NCBI GenBank assembly: GCA_964247055.1
Contig: OZ176052.1
Location: forward strand, 10,788,001-10,852,000
Direction: 5' to 3'
DNA length: 64,000 nt
From: Paragordius varius
Taxonomy: Eukaryota > Animalia > Nematomorpha
A program made the translations under genes and the position numbers. Under the pieces are notes generated by a model. It made no database searches, had not been told where the DNA came from, and saw only the letters and a list, made by a program, of their open reading frames with translations. Positions 62,730 through 64,000 of the stretch are shown one piece after another; positions within the stretch are counted from its first letter, which is position 1, and every line of letters begins with the position of its first letter.

Positions 62730-64000
62730 ACAAAAAATATTTCATACATACGTTATAAGGTTAAATTTTTGACAAGTTTGGTAAAGCGTTTTTTATGGAG
62801 ATTTGGACCTTGGGGTAAAACACTTTAAGATATTATACATCCATATAATACAATGATTCTATAGATTTTTATCATCTGAGAATTCGATTATCATATATTT
62901 ATATTTTAGGGTAGTTTTCTACCCCAGAACGTTTAAATCAAATAATTTAAAAAATTAAGATATTTGACCAGATTTTCAAGTATGCAAAATTTAACATTTT
63001 TGGCAAATGCTGAATATCTTTTTTTTAAACAAGTGTAAAATCCACAAGATCTTTCATAACAAATTTGCCGCCAGTTTTTGGGTTCTTCAAATTACAAACA
63101 GAATAAGCAAAATTATCTAAAAATTAGATTTTTACAATATTATTTTGCTTTTTAAATGTATCATAAATTTTAAGGCATTTTTTGGAATAAAGCATTTAGC
63201 TTTTATTAAATTTTTAAAAACATAACACTGCGTCCAGAATCAGGGAGTAAAAATATATTTCGATGATATATATATTTTTTTTTTGGAAAATATAGCAGGA
63301 TATTATGGTGCTTTTTGTTTACACGTTTAGATTTAATGTATCAAAAGACTTCTGACTTTATTTAAATTGATATAGTAAACTTCAATTCTCTGATTCAAAT
63401 TTGGAATATTATGGACCCTAGGCCTGTTAATCAAATATGTTTAAAAATATGAAACAAATCGATACCATTGCAAAAGCATGCCCTTATATAGCAATGATGC
63501 ACTGAGACACAAAAAAGGATTCAGTCAAAAAACAAGCTTAATTTATGGATGTACCTAAGGTAACATTTAGTCAAGTGGGCATGTTTACATTAGTTAAATA
63601 AAAAACCACCACTATTTCTGTTTAAAAAAATGTGAGATGTGATTTAAAAAAAACTTGCTTTAATTTTTGCATTAGAATTAAATGAACACGATACGAGTTA
63701 ATGTTATTAAAAAATAACTTCGTTGAAGTCGTATTTATATCATTTTTAATAGGATAAAAGCATAAATATAAATTAATAAAAAAATAAGCAATATTCGAAG
63801 ATATAACCCAGATAATTTTTAGTTTGGGACTTATTATAAAATTATATTATGCTTTATAAAATTTTTATCAACCTGTTTGGTAGAAGCTATTCAATAAACC
63901 AAATTACGTGAATTTATATCAGTTATTATAATTAAATAATAAACCATTTTCATAAAAAAGTTTAATTTTTTTATATATGAGCTTCAATTATATTTTTTAG

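Overview
Very AT-rich eukaryotic (metazoan) genomic DNA using the standard code. It carries host genes with extremely short spliceosomal introns (21-33 nt) among dense, nested DNA-transposon debris. Host genes I could reconstruct by hand: coronin (5' part), SMIM15-like, hydroxypyruvate isomerase, alpha-carbonic anhydrase, L-xylulose reductase (DCXR), an orphan 194-aa gene, calreticulin (HDEL) and a TESK/cdi kinase. Micro-introns plus a TESK kinase fit a compacted parasitic animal (myxozoan, dicyemid or orthonectid-like), but the taxon cannot be fixed from this window. Mobile DNA: two Blackjack-like hAT elements with perfect 8-bp TSDs, non-autonomous Helitrons (two ~2.2-kb copies with a 160-bp tandem array, one truncated copy, one 154-bp mini copy), TTAA-flanked piggyBac-like MITEs, two other MITE families, a foldback element and an RTE LINE fragment. 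The most striking structure is in both hAT copies: the transposase gene is followed, inside the TIRs, by an inverted, deletion-compressed mirror of itself. This Mu-killer-like hairpin architecture evidently transposed as a unit. All coordinates were counted by hand and repeat boundaries are approximate.
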